A stretch of 63,985 bases of DNA, filler included, from Alloascoidea hylecoeti (Eukaryota), in NCBI GenBank assembly GCA_001600815.1. It is 4 parts of 4 records of this genome, joined end to end, with 100 filler letters (N's around TTAATTAATTAA, not from the genome) between each part and the next. Parts side by side here need not be neighbours in the genome. Positions count along the whole stretch, not along the records: positions 23,670 to 37,081 come from BCKZ01000044.1; positions 37,182 to 59,597 come from BCKZ01000049.1; 2 more parts are not named here. One strand, given 5' to 3'. A program made the position numbers and the translations under genes. Each line of letters begins with the position of its first letter. Within the stretch, counting starts at the first letter, position 1. Shown here piece after piece: positions 36,304 to 49,663 of this stretch. The notes under the pieces were generated by a model. The model did no database searches. It saw only the letters and a program-made list of their open reading frames with translations, and had not been told where the DNA came from.

Positions 36304-37081
36304 ATGAATGGTTACCGAGAGCAATTCTTACAGCTTGAACGTGAAGTCGAGAAACGTATTCAAGACCTTGAAAGTCGTTCGAATTCTAATGAACAGGGAC
36401 GAATATTTGAAGACATAGTTCTCAAATCATATTTTGGTGACTTACATGAGAAGAATAATCTGGATCGGATCATGATTAGCGCTAATGATGAAGATATCAT
36501 AGCCAAGTATATGAACGGCGGAAGTTTTGCAAATAACATATTATTCAATCTACCATTAGTTGGGTTTTTTGAATTTCCAGGATCTCACAGCAAGACTACA
36601 ACAATATCAAGTAAGAAACAAAATAGAGTTAGCGGAGAATTCAAACAGATGAAATTTTTGCTGACAAAAGAGTTTGAATTCATCGAGGAAATTAAATGGC
36701 TAAAAGAACAATTGGATAATGGACGTGGAAAAAGAACTATCGGGAGGGAATTAGATAGAATATTCTACACTCCTTTCACTATCGTACAAAAAGTTGACGA
36801 AACGGCAGTATCAGATTTTATGAAAGCAAATCTATTGGGTCCAGCACGAGACTTATACAATTCATTTATTGGATCTTATGAAGCGTTACAGCTGATTGGT
36901 CACAAATCCTCCTACTTATCACATTTCAAACCAGACTATACTTATGAGTTTGAAAATCGTCCAATTATTTCAATTGTTCAAAAAATATATGTTTGAAAAT
37001 ATGATATCAGAAATTAATGGTGAATATCAATTCACGAATCCAATAATTGAGGAAAAGATCAATGAAGTATTGCACCAGTGT
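36304..37081 (+). pseudogene. Second orphan PD-(D/E)XK-like family member, frameshifted at 36976 and truncated by contig end
   Basis: KPDYTYEF..PIISI then frameshift into FKK...EVLHQC; homologous to the 22827 ORF. Confidence 0.55.
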
Positions 37082-37559
37082 NNNNNNNNNNNNNNNNNNN
37101 NNNNNNNNNNNNNNNNNNNNNNNNNTTAATTAATTAANNNNNNNNNNNNNNNNNNNNNNNNNNNNNNNNNNNNNNNNNNNNTAAATAATAAATTGTGTCA
37201 AGTTAAATTAACGCATCATAAGTGTTTATAAATAGTAAGATCTACGAACTTATTTTAATACAATATTTGAGTAATAATAACGCGTCATGCGAAACAATAA
37301 TTAGTAATTTTCATGAGATATAATTAACAATCCTTCAGAGAAATAAAATAATAAAGTATACGAACAATATTTTGAACCACGATTATTTAATCATTTGTTT
37401 GATTCAAACAATATATTGAAGTACACGCTATTTTCCAATTCTACTTTCAACATCTACCAGATTGGAGTCACTAGAGGTTCCATCGTTACATTTTCTTTTT
37501 TTTTTTGGACTTTTCGCAACATTTAATTTTAGAGTTGTGAAGAAGATTTATATAGTGAA

Positions 37560-38845
37560 CATGAAAATGATATTGATGAACTTGATAATAATAATAGTTC
37601 CATTGAGGATTTTACAAAGCTTGTTGCTATGCAATCAAAAAATATATTCGGGGAGGAGATTGAAGATAAAAGGATAGCGCGTCTATACATTTGGTTATAT
37701 TCGTATTTATAGTCATGTGGCTACACATCCTCCTCTTTTTTTCTTCTCCTTTCATTACATCCCACAACATATTAATTATTAGAAAGATGATCCATTGATT
37801 GTCGAACACCAGCTGTTTCTTTGTCCAATATCAACAGATGTCCAACAATACATCTCCAAAATAGCTTATGTCGAATATAAAATGCATTGCTATTTTCATT
37901 TGAATTCTCATTCACAATAAACTTTTTCATACCATATTGATCCATGATTATTTAATGAATTTTTGGATATTAGGAGAGTTAAATCTGTCTAAAATTTCAG
38001 TATTATCGTAATCTAAAATTCCTTCCTTCAATAAATCTTCTGATTTAAAGATTTGTTTAGTAAATGAATTACCAACTAAAATTGCCAAAACAAAGAAATG
38101 CTTTTTCATCAACTTGGATTGGAAAATAAGCCCCAAGAGGCACATTATATTTCTTTAAGTAAATTGCAATTAACGGTAAGGGTTGGGAGACCTTCTGCAA
38201 TATATTATTTTCCAAAATGGAATTTAATGCAAACGACTTATAATTCATCAACAACTTCAACTCCAAACTCTGGAGCTGCTGCATCTAAAAAACTTTACAT
38301 TGAAGTTCCTTTTCAGTCCCTTATCTGTTGTTAGAGTACTACCTGTCCTACTACTTATTACTGAATTAAAGGTGTTCTCAGTAGTCGATACTAAATTATC
38401 GAAATGAGAAGACGAAATTATATAAGATGAAGCTCTTTAAAATATATCCCGACAAACGTGGATTAAAAGAATATATCTGGAGCCGTTATTCACCCTTTAT
38501 AATCAAAGAACGGGAAAGACAAAATTTGAGCAAAGTATTAATATTGAGTTACCCACAAAAACTACTTATTTAGTTCATGATTTTAATACTGCTGATTTAG
38601 GAATATCATATAGTTTGAGATTTCTAATTATATGCACTTTTCAGCCTTGGGATCCTTGTCTAAAAGCCTTGAAAAGACAATTAGGCTTAGTACCATCACA
38701 ACATGATATCCCCGGTTCTAACGATGATAATAATTTTGACCATGAAGCTGCTATAACAAAATCAAAAAAGAAACTTGAAACGTATGAACACTTTAGTGTT
38801 CCTCTTCATGGTCTTAAACTTTTGTGTACAAGTGTCACAGTTTAA
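37560..38845 (+). pseudogene. Arrestin-fold protein pseudogene, copy 1
   Basis: 38190-38790 is clearly similar at DNA level to the reverse complement of 58030-58640; remnants IYSGRRLKIKG and DFNTADLGISYSL; many stops and frameshifts. Confidence 0.55.
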
Positions 38846-40169
38846 TCAATCATTATAAATAGCCAATATTAATAATATTCATTGAATTCAAAAGTATAAA
38901 GAGCAGGTATCTTCAAATATATTCAGTTTAACATTGTATCATATCTTTTTAAATCAGATTATAAAAATAAATTCTTCTTAACATTAATAGGTAAACAATT
39001 TTGCTCTAAAATAAATTAAATGATTCATTACTTGTTTTGTATATATAGTTAATTTTCCCACGATCGGTCATGTTGATGTAATTATTGGTAACATCAGGCA
39101 TCGATATCTTTATAGTTCACCCATTTGAATATTGGGTTAATTATGTGGTGGATCAAATATTCGACCCTCTTGATTAAAAAATTTTGTCTACCTTTACCAA
39201 ATAATTTTTATACTTTAAGCTCCAATCATATTCATATACTAGTTAAGGGAGTCCAGTCCGTGCTCGATAATTCGTAATCAGTATGGCCGAATATATAGTG
39301 AATTGCCGCTGAAATTCATGGTAATGACCCTAAATGGTAGTAAATGATTACGGTAGCAATATTATTCCGTTTCTTCTTTTTTTTTTTTTTCGTTTAATCA
39401 AAATATTTGACATGAAAACGTTTGCTGATGACTTTTAAAACTTGTAACTCTAATACCGCTATGAAGTTACACACACATCTAAAAGTTAACTGGCCATAAT
39501 ACTTATATGGTAGAGACAAAAGGAACCGTGAACCAAAAATGAATTCGAAAATCTAAAGATTTCTAATTTAATATGGGCATCCATATTTAAAGAATCCCTT
39601 AACAGTAGATAGAAACCAAAGTTTCATTAGTCTGTATGCATATTACAAGCCATGGTCATTGTTGATAAATATCTTATGGCTATATCTATAAATTTTATTG
39701 ACTAGTAACAATAATAATAAAATGATATACTTGTACTATAATTATATCTATGGTTAGAGACATAAATCAGTACTACATGTACTTCTTCATAAAATCTGGA
39801 GTGAGAACTTTTAGAAGAAATTCGATGACTTCATTCATTATGTTTAACGACTGTTGTTCTCAGGAATACAGAAATCCAATCTTAATTTTTTTCCCTTGGT
39901 GCACTAATCAATCAGAAAAACCATGAATATAACAGATTGGAATATTAATATTATCGTGATATGATAGAATATGGAAAGATTATTGTGAGTACATTTTCAA
40001 CCATAAAAGATGAAATGATTGAAAATTTGAGATTTTGACTGAGATTCATCTCTAAGGCCCCTTATACGTACATACTCCGAGCTATTACCACCAACTAAAG
40101 GTTTGATAAATATGACTTATATATACATAATTGCAATTGCATTGACATTTTGTTTACAATATATTTAAA

Positions 40170-40745
40170 TTAATTATTTGGGCCTTCTTTGCAATAATTT
40201 TGCAAAAACCATTTCATTTGCTCCATACTTTCAAGAATATCACTTTTAGCTGTATGTTGCTTTTGTTTTTTTGGTTGTTTCTTAAACAAATCATAATTAT
40301 GTCGTTTACACATCTCTGAAAAAGAAGAAACATCTAAAATCCTATAATGTAAATGATTTATAACCTTTGGCATTTCCTTCATCATGAAAAATTTATCCAT
40401 ATGAACTGAATTTCCACTTAATAATGCGGTATTTGGAGTTGGGATATATCGTTTAATGTAATTGAGTAGTTCATTTTCAACCTGGGAAACTGTTTTGTTA
40501 CAATTGAGGACTTTTTGTGTTAGACCTGATTTTCCATGCTGGTTAATACACCATTCATTCATATTATCCAAAATATCTTTTGGGCAATGGATGTAGGAAT
40601 GATAACCTTTTTCGTCAAGTACGTTAAGATTGCCATCAGTTAATATACAACATATTTCAATGATACGGTCATTGAAAACGTCCAAGCCGGTCATTTCACA
40701 ATCGATCCATACTAAAAAATCTTTGGCCATAGAATTCGAAGGCAT
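40170..40745 (-). CDS. REX2: Oligoribonuclease (DEDDh 3'-5' exonuclease)
   Basis: LVWIDCEMTGLD, GNSVHMD, LHYRILDVSS, HTAKSDILES. Confidence 0.95.
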   Translation of the reverse strand: MPSNSMAKDFLVWIDCEMTGLDVFNDRIIEICCILTDGNLNVLDEKGYHSYIHCPKDILDNMNEWCINQHGKSGLTQKVLNCNKTVSQVENELLNYIKRYIPTPNTALLSGNSVHMDKFFMMKEMPKVINHLHYRILDVSSFSEMCKRHNYDLFKKQPKKQKQHTAKSDILESMEQMKWFLQNYCKEGPNN

Positions 40746-40855
40746 AATTAAGTAATATTACAGTAATCAGTTTGGTAGAAACTAAAATTTTATGTTGGGT
40801 GTTGGGTGTTGGGTGGAACCCACATCTATACGTATATAATTATGGAAATCAATAC

Positions 40856-41184
40856 CTAATTGTATTTGGCAATGAGAGAAGTTGCAAACTCAATGTATTC
40901 CTTTTCAGCAGCCTCTTGAGAAGTCCCTTCCAAATCCGCCCATGATTGCCATTTGTACTTTCCTTTCAAATCAAATAGACCGGGTTTGGTGGTGGTGTTG
41001 TCTCCAATTGTGGCCTGTTTATATAAACCATACAACTTAAGAAGTTCATCGTCAGTTGGACGTTGTTTGAGGTTTTGAACAGCAGCAGCCTGTTTGGTTG
41101 ATCCACAGTTAGTAAAACTATCTTCAACATCCATCAATTGCAAAATATATATCTTACTTTATCGGTGAATTCTTGAGAAACCAT
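40856..41184 (-). CDS. ACB1: Acyl-CoA-binding protein; intron 41090-41157
   Basis: MVSQEFTDK|AAAVQNL..LLKLYGLYKQATIGD..KGKYKW. Confidence 0.93.
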
Positions 41185-41389
41185 TTCTAATAACAATTGG
41201 GAAAAATATCAAAAGTTATGAATCTAAAATGGGAAATCTAACAGAAATGTTAAATCTCCCGCTTATGTAATCACTGAAAACACCCACACATCAACCAATC
41301 ACAATAAACCCGTCTCTCGACAATAATCAAAATCAAAACCTTCTCTTTTTTCGACCCTTTTCGTTAAAATTCAATATCAATAAATTATT

Positions 41390-41891
41390 ATGCGATTCAC
41401 ACAACTTTTAAGAAAAGCAGCACCTGTTAGATCTAGAGTTTTGATTAAAGTTGGAGAAGGACAAGGACATCCAACTGGTTTAGCTGGTATATATCAACAT
41501 CCAAACCCAAGACCTGCTTTAATTGCAGCATATAATGAAACATTAAGATATTTAAATGAAGAATTCCCAACTCATAGTATTTATAGACAAGCAACAGAAA
41601 ATTTAACGAAAGCAAGATTAGAAATTGTTGAAAAGAATGAGGTTATTGAAGTAATTGAAAAGAAAATTAGTTGTGGTTTAATTGAAGAATTATTAATTCA
41701 GGCTGCTGAAGAAAGACAATTAGCTGAAACTTTAGCAAAATCTAAATGGTATGAAGTATTTATTTTCTTATTCATTCATTCAATTTTTATTATTTTTATA
41801 TTAACATATTTGTTATAGTTGGGAGGAATTAGAAGAGAAACCATTACCAGGTCAATGGGAATATTTTGAATATAAAAATCATCCTCATTAA
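41390..41891 (+). CDS. NDUFA5: Complex I accessory subunit NDUFA5/B13; intron 41749-41818
   Basis: PTGLAGIYQHPNPR, YRQATE, GLIEELLIQA, WEELEEKPLPGQWEYF. Confidence 0.92.
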
Positions 41892-43400
41892 ACACAATTC
41901 ATATTATAATCATAAATTTAATTATAAACTATCTTTTATTTAGTTATAATAAATATAACGTTTCAAATTTAGCATTTCATCTTTTTAAATTCCATGATAT
42001 ATATTCAATAGAACTAATAATAATAATGATAATATGGAAATAGGACTATGAATGATTCTAGATTTACTCAATCTACATGCATATCTACAGACTACCATCT
42101 TCAATTATATGTGAATATGATTTCAAAAGATAAGTTGTGCCTCGATAACGATGTTTATAATTGTAGTGTATCATTAATATATCCACGGTGTATGGCTCGA
42201 TCTCACATACTTCTTTGGTATCATTCTAAGAGACATACCAATTATAGGCATAAAAAAAATTGATTAAAGGATATCAACGAAATATTTGCAAAATAGAAAT
42301 AACGTTAACGTTCCCTATTCTACCTAAGTATCACAGGAAATAATTCTAGTAGTTTACGTTATGGCCTCCTTTTGCGACAACTTGCTTCGTTGCTTTGGTA
42401 TCGATGTGAAGGGTAAGTGATGGATAAGTCTAAAAGTGATCGGTATAGCTGATCTCATAATCTTGGAAATATTTTTGAAAGACAATTCTTGACCTTCTTG
42501 ACACCATTTTGAACTTTCATTGAAGCTGATGAGAAATACAACGTTAAAAGGATTGAATTAATTCAGGTTTGTTTCGTCAGGCATCCATGTAATTTTCTTC
42601 TGTCTAGCGAAGATTACTCTGAGTTTCTTCGGGTTGGTTTGGAAACATATCTTTATGTCGTTAACATAACATATCATTTTGCATAGACTATAGTAGAATA
42701 TCTAGAATTTACAGAACAATCTTAAGAAGATTTTCAAGCCTTGTAGAGTATTCAGAAGTGGTTAGATTACTTTATGCACTAATATTCGGCCATCCTTTGA
42801 AGATATATTCGGCTCCCATTTCGCGAGCCTGAGAATAGCCGCCAAAATGATGTGCGTTACCAGAAAAGGGTGATAAAAGATATTCTTACGATAATAATTA
42901 AGAGATTGCTAAGAAGGTGATCTATTTGACAGATTTAACGATTTTGACCAATTCTGTTCCAAATCGTTCCAAATCGTTCTAAATCCGGAGCAACTATGTC
43001 TGATTATTCAGGATGTAGGTATTTCCGCCAATAAGACAGGAAGATCAGAGTAAAAAGGGCGTGTAAGCGAATAAATTGAAAATAAATTGAAAATAAATTG
43101 AAAATAATAAAATATTTCGAAAAACACACCCAAACTCCCATTTGTGACCCCCTTAGTTTGGAAACTCATCAGATTTATCCAGAATTTCTCAATTTTTAAA
43201 ACCTTCAAAATTTATTCATTTCATCATTTTATCTGTTTCGAGTTTTGTTTTGTCTTATTGTTTTCCATTTGTTGTAATTAATTATCGAAGAACCTGAAGA
43301 ATTTTCCTTTTCAATCGCTTTTCTTGAGGGTAAACTTCTATTTATTGCATAATCCGTTGATTTGAACAGAGTGTCTTATCCTTTAATTAAATCTTTGATT

Positions 43401-45507
43401 ATGTCGGATTCTAATAATCTCATGAATCAAAAACATACTGGGAAAGGAAAGGTGAATGAAAATGATAATGAAAATGTACAAATAAATAGAAAAGAGAATG
43501 AAATGATAGGAAAGGATAATTTTAAAATCTCAACAATTTATGATCTTCATTCACAATCTAATCATTTTCAATTACAATCTCAATCAAATATAAATACTGG
43601 GAAAATTGCAAAAATAAAATCACCAAAATCACCTAAATCTTCTTGGTCTTCAAATAATTTAAATAAAAAAGGTTTAAAACGATTATTACCATCTCAATTT
43701 ATTAAATCAACTTCTTCAAATTCAAATTCAAATTCAAATTCAAATACAAGCACAAACACGAACACGAACATAAATAAAAATACAAATATTCTAACATTTA
43801 ATTCAAACATAAATAAAAATTCAAATTCCGATTTAAAATCAAACTCAATTTCAAACACAAATCCATATTCATATCCAAATCCCCCTTTTATTAATTTAAA
43901 TTGGTTAGCCGATGTTGATACAAGTACTGATAGTTTATCATCATTATCTGATTTTTCAACTTCAAATACACTTAACAATCAAATTTCAAATATAACAAAT
44001 ACAGCTGATTATGATTTATCATCAAATTCAAATTTAAATTCAAATTCAAATCAAAACTCTCAACTAAAAAATAAATTAGAGTTTAAAAATAAACCAATTT
44101 CTTCAACTAATTTCTATTCATTACCATCATCTCCAAGTATTATAAGAACTTCAACTTCAACTTCTAATTCAAATGATAATAATAATGAAAATGAAAATTT
44201 ATTTGATGCTGCTAAGACTGTATTAGATCTTCCAAGAACACATACATTATTTATGAATCAAGATATTAAAGAATCAATTATTACAAATTCAATAATTAGT
44301 GATACTGAAAATGAAGATGATAAAGATACAAATTTAAATATTGATGATGAAGAAGAAGAAAATGATGAAGAAAAATTAATCCAGGAAGATCTATTCCATG
44401 CAACTGGTGGTGTTCCAAGTATCGTACTTGAATTATCATTAGATGGAATAGTTAAATATATCAGTAGTTCATGGGAGACTATAATTGGGTATGTTTATTA
44501 ATTCAATTTCTTTTATAATTTTTTAACCTACTAACAATTTTTTTAAAATATTATAGTACTGAAATTCGAGAAATTATTTATAAACCAATTTCAAATGTTG
44601 TTATAGGAGATGAATCAGATAAGAATATTTTTTTAAGAGCAACAAATATAATGGAAAAAGATGATACAAGTTATACAATTCGATTTCTAGTTAAAACTGG
44701 TAAATTTTATAAAAAAATTAATCAATTAGAATTTTCAGATTCAGATCCTGAAAATGATGAAAATAATAATTATCATGATATTTATTCTAAAAAAGAAGAT
44801 AATAATAAAAATGATGAAAAAATTGAAATTAATAATGATAATGAATTAAAATTAAAATCTATTCATTCATCCCCTGTTGTTTCAACACTTACACTTGATA
44901 AATCAATAGATTTTACAATTGATGATGCAATATCTAAAAATTCTAATGATAGTCCATCAAATTCATCAACAAGTAATGATTCTGATATTGATTATCAAGA
45001 AATTGAAGGTCAAGGAATGTTAATCCATGATTGGAAAACTGATAAAATAACTCATACAATGTGGATTTTAAGACCATATATTCAACCAAAACCATTGACT
45101 ATTAATATTAAAGTACCTGATGAATTAAATCAAATTCTGGGATCAGGAATTGACTTATTTGCATCTTATTTAAATTCAATTTCAAATAATTTAATTTCCT
45201 CGATGGAATCATTACCAACTCCACCATTAGTTTTATGTAGAATTTGTGAACAAAATATTCCAACTTGGTGGCTTGAAAGACATTCTGAATTATGTCTTGT
45301 TGAACATAAGGCAGAAAGTGATGTTCAAGATTGTAATGATTTATTAGTTGATCATCTTAATATTTTATTAAAATTAATTAATTCTTATGAAGAACAAGAG
45401 AAAAAACATAGTCCTAGATCATCATCATTATTTAGATCTCAATCAGAAACAAATTTAGGATTATTAGGTATTGTTCATTCATCTTCAACACAAACTTCTT
45501 CTTCTTC

Positions 45508-45565
<58 letters not shown>

Positions 45566-48500
45566 CAATTGGAATATAATGGCTTACCATTACCACCACT
45601 TAATGCACCATCTTCAGTATCATCATCATCAAATAAACCTCGTCATTCAGCAATGTCAGCTTTTAGAAGACATAAATCTTCAGCTGCTTATTCAATTGGT
45701 CGTAATACATTAAAAGTTCTTTATATTTTAAGAGAAATAATTGATCTAGCAATAAGTATAAATCCAGCCGAGATAAAATCATATCCAGCTGATGTTGATG
45801 AAATAAGAGCTCATTCTCCACATTCAGAAACTGCAATTAAAAATTTAAAAATTTGGTCTGCTCCAGTAACTGATGATCCAACATTAAAAATTATTTGTAA
45901 AGATACTGAGAATTTATCAAAAAGTAAGATTGATTCAGTTATTCGATTAGGATCAAGTATTACTTATGCTGAGAAAATTAGAAGAGAAGTTGAATTTTTA
46001 GTTATGAAAGTTATTGAAGAGGCGGTTTTAAAGATAAAAGAAATGGAATATGATCAAAATGATGATGATGATGATGATCAAGTTGATACAACAATTACCG
46101 AAGATAATGATGATAATGATAGTTCCAAAAGATCATCAATTGTTGAGGTAAGTAAAAGGAATAGAAGTATTAGTATTACAAGATCACATCATAAATCAAA
46201 ATCAAGTTCCAATTCAAATTTAAATTCAAATTCTCAGATTTATATTCATCCATCTCATTCAAATTCAAAATCATCAAATTCTTCATCTCCTGCTCAAGTC
46301 CCCTTACGTAAAGCAGTAACTTCAAGAGTTTCATCAAGTGGTATAACATTAACGAATTATTCCATTGCTAGTGGTAATGGTGGTATAATTCCAACTTCAA
46401 GACCAGAAACTCCAGTTTCGGGTATATCAGGAGTATCATCAGAATCTTCAAATTTATCATTTAGTCGAGGTAGGAATATTAATAAGAGAAATGATTCAAA
46501 TTATGATCCTGATATAAGGTCTATTACTTCCCATGATTTATCAATAAATTTAGAAAATTTAGAGATTTCTAAAAAAAATAATAGCAAAATAAATCAAAAT
46601 CTTAATAATAGTCCAAGGTCAAGCATTAAGGGGGCTCGAAGTAGAGGAAAATCAACCATTGCTGAATTATCACCATTGGTTCTATCATCAAATAATAACA
46701 TTAATGAATCTAATAATTCAATGGATCATGTAAATAAAAGATTCTCATTACATGCTGGTACCTCAAACTCTGATAAAGCACCAATATCACCATTAATGAT
46801 GACAAATTTCCCTGTACCTCAACAAAAATCTTCAGCACCATCAATTAGAGATTATGAAATTATAAATCCAATTAGTAAAGGTGCATTTGGTAGTGTTTAT
46901 TTAGCAAAAAGAAAATTAACAAATGAATATTTCGCAATTAAAGTTTTAAAAAAACAAGATATGATTTCAAAAAATCAAGTTACAAATGTTAAAGCAGAAA
47001 GAGCAATTATGATGTCACAAGCAGAAAGTTCATTTGTTGCAAAATTATATTATACATTTCAAAATAAAGATTATTTATTTTTAGTTATGGAATATTTAAA
47101 TGGTGGAGATTTTGCATCATTATTAAAAGCATTAGGTACAATTCAAGAAGAATGGGCAAAGCAATATATTGCTGAAATTGTTATGGCTGTTGATGATTTA
47201 CATGAAAAAGGAATTGTTCATCGTGATTTAAAACCTGATAATTTTTTAATTGATCATCAAGGACATATTAAATTAACAGATTTTGGATTATCAAGAATGG
47301 GATTAGTTAAAAGACAAGCTCGAGCTAGGAATAATAAAGGAGTTTCAAATAGTACTGTAAGTGTTGAAAAAGCTGTTGAAGCTATCATGTCTGCTCCTAC
47401 TGGTGGTAATGTTTCAAATCATCAACAGCAACAACAACAGCAACAACAACAATCAAGGGCAAATAGTTTAATAACCCCTTTTCAATTATCTCCTTCAACT
47501 CCTTCTACAAATGCTACGAAAAACGCTGGATATTTTTCATCTCATGACCCATTATCATCCACTAATAATAATCCTGATGGAATAAATTTATCTAATTATA
47601 ATAGACCTCTTTCAGTATCATCAGAGAAACATTTCTTACTTAACTATAAATCAAAAAGATCAGATTCAATAGGTAGTGATTTTAATTCATCACCAATGAA
47701 TAATTATATGGTTTCAAATTCATTAAATACCTTAAGGAGATCATCATCTCAAAAATCACTTGGTACTTCTACTATTTTTATAACAGATGATGAAAGTATT
47801 AATCAAAGTCCTCAAATAATTCCTATTAATGCATCATCAAGCTCGATGATTTCTTCATATTCGTTGAATTCTCACACAACAACAATGTTTAATGATTTAT
47901 CAAGTCCATCACTAGTATTATTTGACCCTGATAAAAGTAACGCTTCCAAAAAATTCGTGGGGACTCCTGATTATTTGGCCCCAGAAACCATTAGTGGGGC
48001 TGGGCAAGATGCATCCAGTGATTGGTGGTCATTAGGTTGTATTTTATTTGAATTTATATTTGGATATCCACCATTTCAAGCTTCAAGTCCTGAAAAAATA
48101 TTTACTAATATATTGAATTGTAACATTCAATGGATGGATTTAACAGAAGAAGAAGAGAGAACGATTTGTTCTAAAGAAACTAAAGATTTAATTTTAAAAT
48201 TATTGGTGCCAGATCCAAGTGAAAGGTTAGGTTCAAAAGATGCTAATGATATTAAAAGTCATCCCTTTTTCAATGGTATTGATTGGGATAAATTGTTGGA
48301 AGGTGATGTTTTGTTTGTTCCTGATACTTCAGATCCCGAAGCAACTGATTATTTTGATCCTAGAGGTGCAAGTTTAGATGAATTCCCATTAGATGACGAT
48401 GATCAGGATACCAATGGTAAAAATGAAATGGCTAAAATAATGCATGAAAATTTAGCCTTTATGGATGATAGCCATGAAAATTCTTCTGTGACATCCCATG

Positions 48501-49663
48501 ATTATCATGGGTTTGAAAAAGATAAAGATTCACCGTTTGAAACAATTTCAAAGGGTAAAGCTTTACCACCTCATATTCCACCCCATATAAGAGATCGGAA
48601 AAGTAGTCTTAGGTCCAATGATAGCACGTCATCTGATCAATTCGGTTCATTTGCTTTTAAAAATTTATATGCGCTGGAGAAAGCAAACAAAGATATAATT
48701 AATCGTTTAAAAACTGAACATTTAGAACATCATTATTCAATGTCAACATCATCTTCTGAATCTGGGAACTCTACTCCTGTTACCCCAACCGCAGGTATAG
48801 GAGGACTAAGAAGATTGTCAACTTCGGCAACACATAAACGATCAGATTCTAGAAATTCAATGTCATTTGTTCATTCTAATTCCCCACATAAACAACAATT
48901 AAATCCTAACGAGGGGTCTTATTTTATTCAATTTCCCGATACTGATTCACCACTTGTGGATCTAATTAATATCAATGATAATGCTTCAGAATCATCAACT
49001 AATAGTCAAAATATGCAATCAATGGCAGCCTCAGTTTCTGGATCACCGGGTAAAGCAAGAACTCGTCGTCGTGAATCTCTCACCAATTTTAACATGTCAC
49101 AACAACAAGATCGAACAAGAGCGAAAAGTAAAGGACGTACTTCAATATATTTTAAAAATGGAACGTTTGATAGTTCACCAACAAATTCAGATTCGGAAGA
49201 AGTACGGTCACAGGCTTTAAAAAGAGTTAGAAAACGACAAAGTCTTAGGATCGGATCAGGGTCAAGCAATCCAAGTTTACTTGATTATAGACCATTAGAT
49301 GTTCTTGTTGGTGATTCAAACCCATTATGGCGCTTTTCACTTCTGAGAATGTTGGAGAAAATTGGTTGTATTGTTGTTCCATGTAGTAATGGAGATGAAA
49401 TTATTAGAAGAGCAACAGGAGAGGTTAAATTTGATGTTATATTTACAGATTTAAAATCAAGTAAATTAAATGGTGATGATGTTGCAAGATTACTACATCA
49501 TACTTCAAATACAAATTCTCATACACCAATTGTTGCAGTGACAGCATTTGCAAAAGAAGCTATTTCAACGAATGCTTTTGATGCAGTTATTGGCAAACCC
49601 TTTACTAATGAAAAATTACAAGATGTTTTAAAAGCTGTTTGCTTTTGGAGACCCAAGGATTAA
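43401..49663 (+). CDS. RIM15: Rim15/Greatwall-type kinase (PAS, split AGC kinase, receiver domain); intron 44489-44556
   Basis: LELSLDGIVKYIS, LCRICE..WWLERHSELC, ISKGAFGSV, HRDLKPDN, large insert before FVGTPDYLAPE, C-terminal REC domain. Confidence 0.95.
45509..45566 (+). repeat. (AAT)n microsatellite encoding poly-Asn in RIM15
   Basis: About 19 consecutive AAT triplets. Confidence 0.95.

Noticed and set aside
40793..40813. (TGTTGGG)3 telomere-like tract
   Set aside because: Too short and isolated to distinguish from a simple repeat
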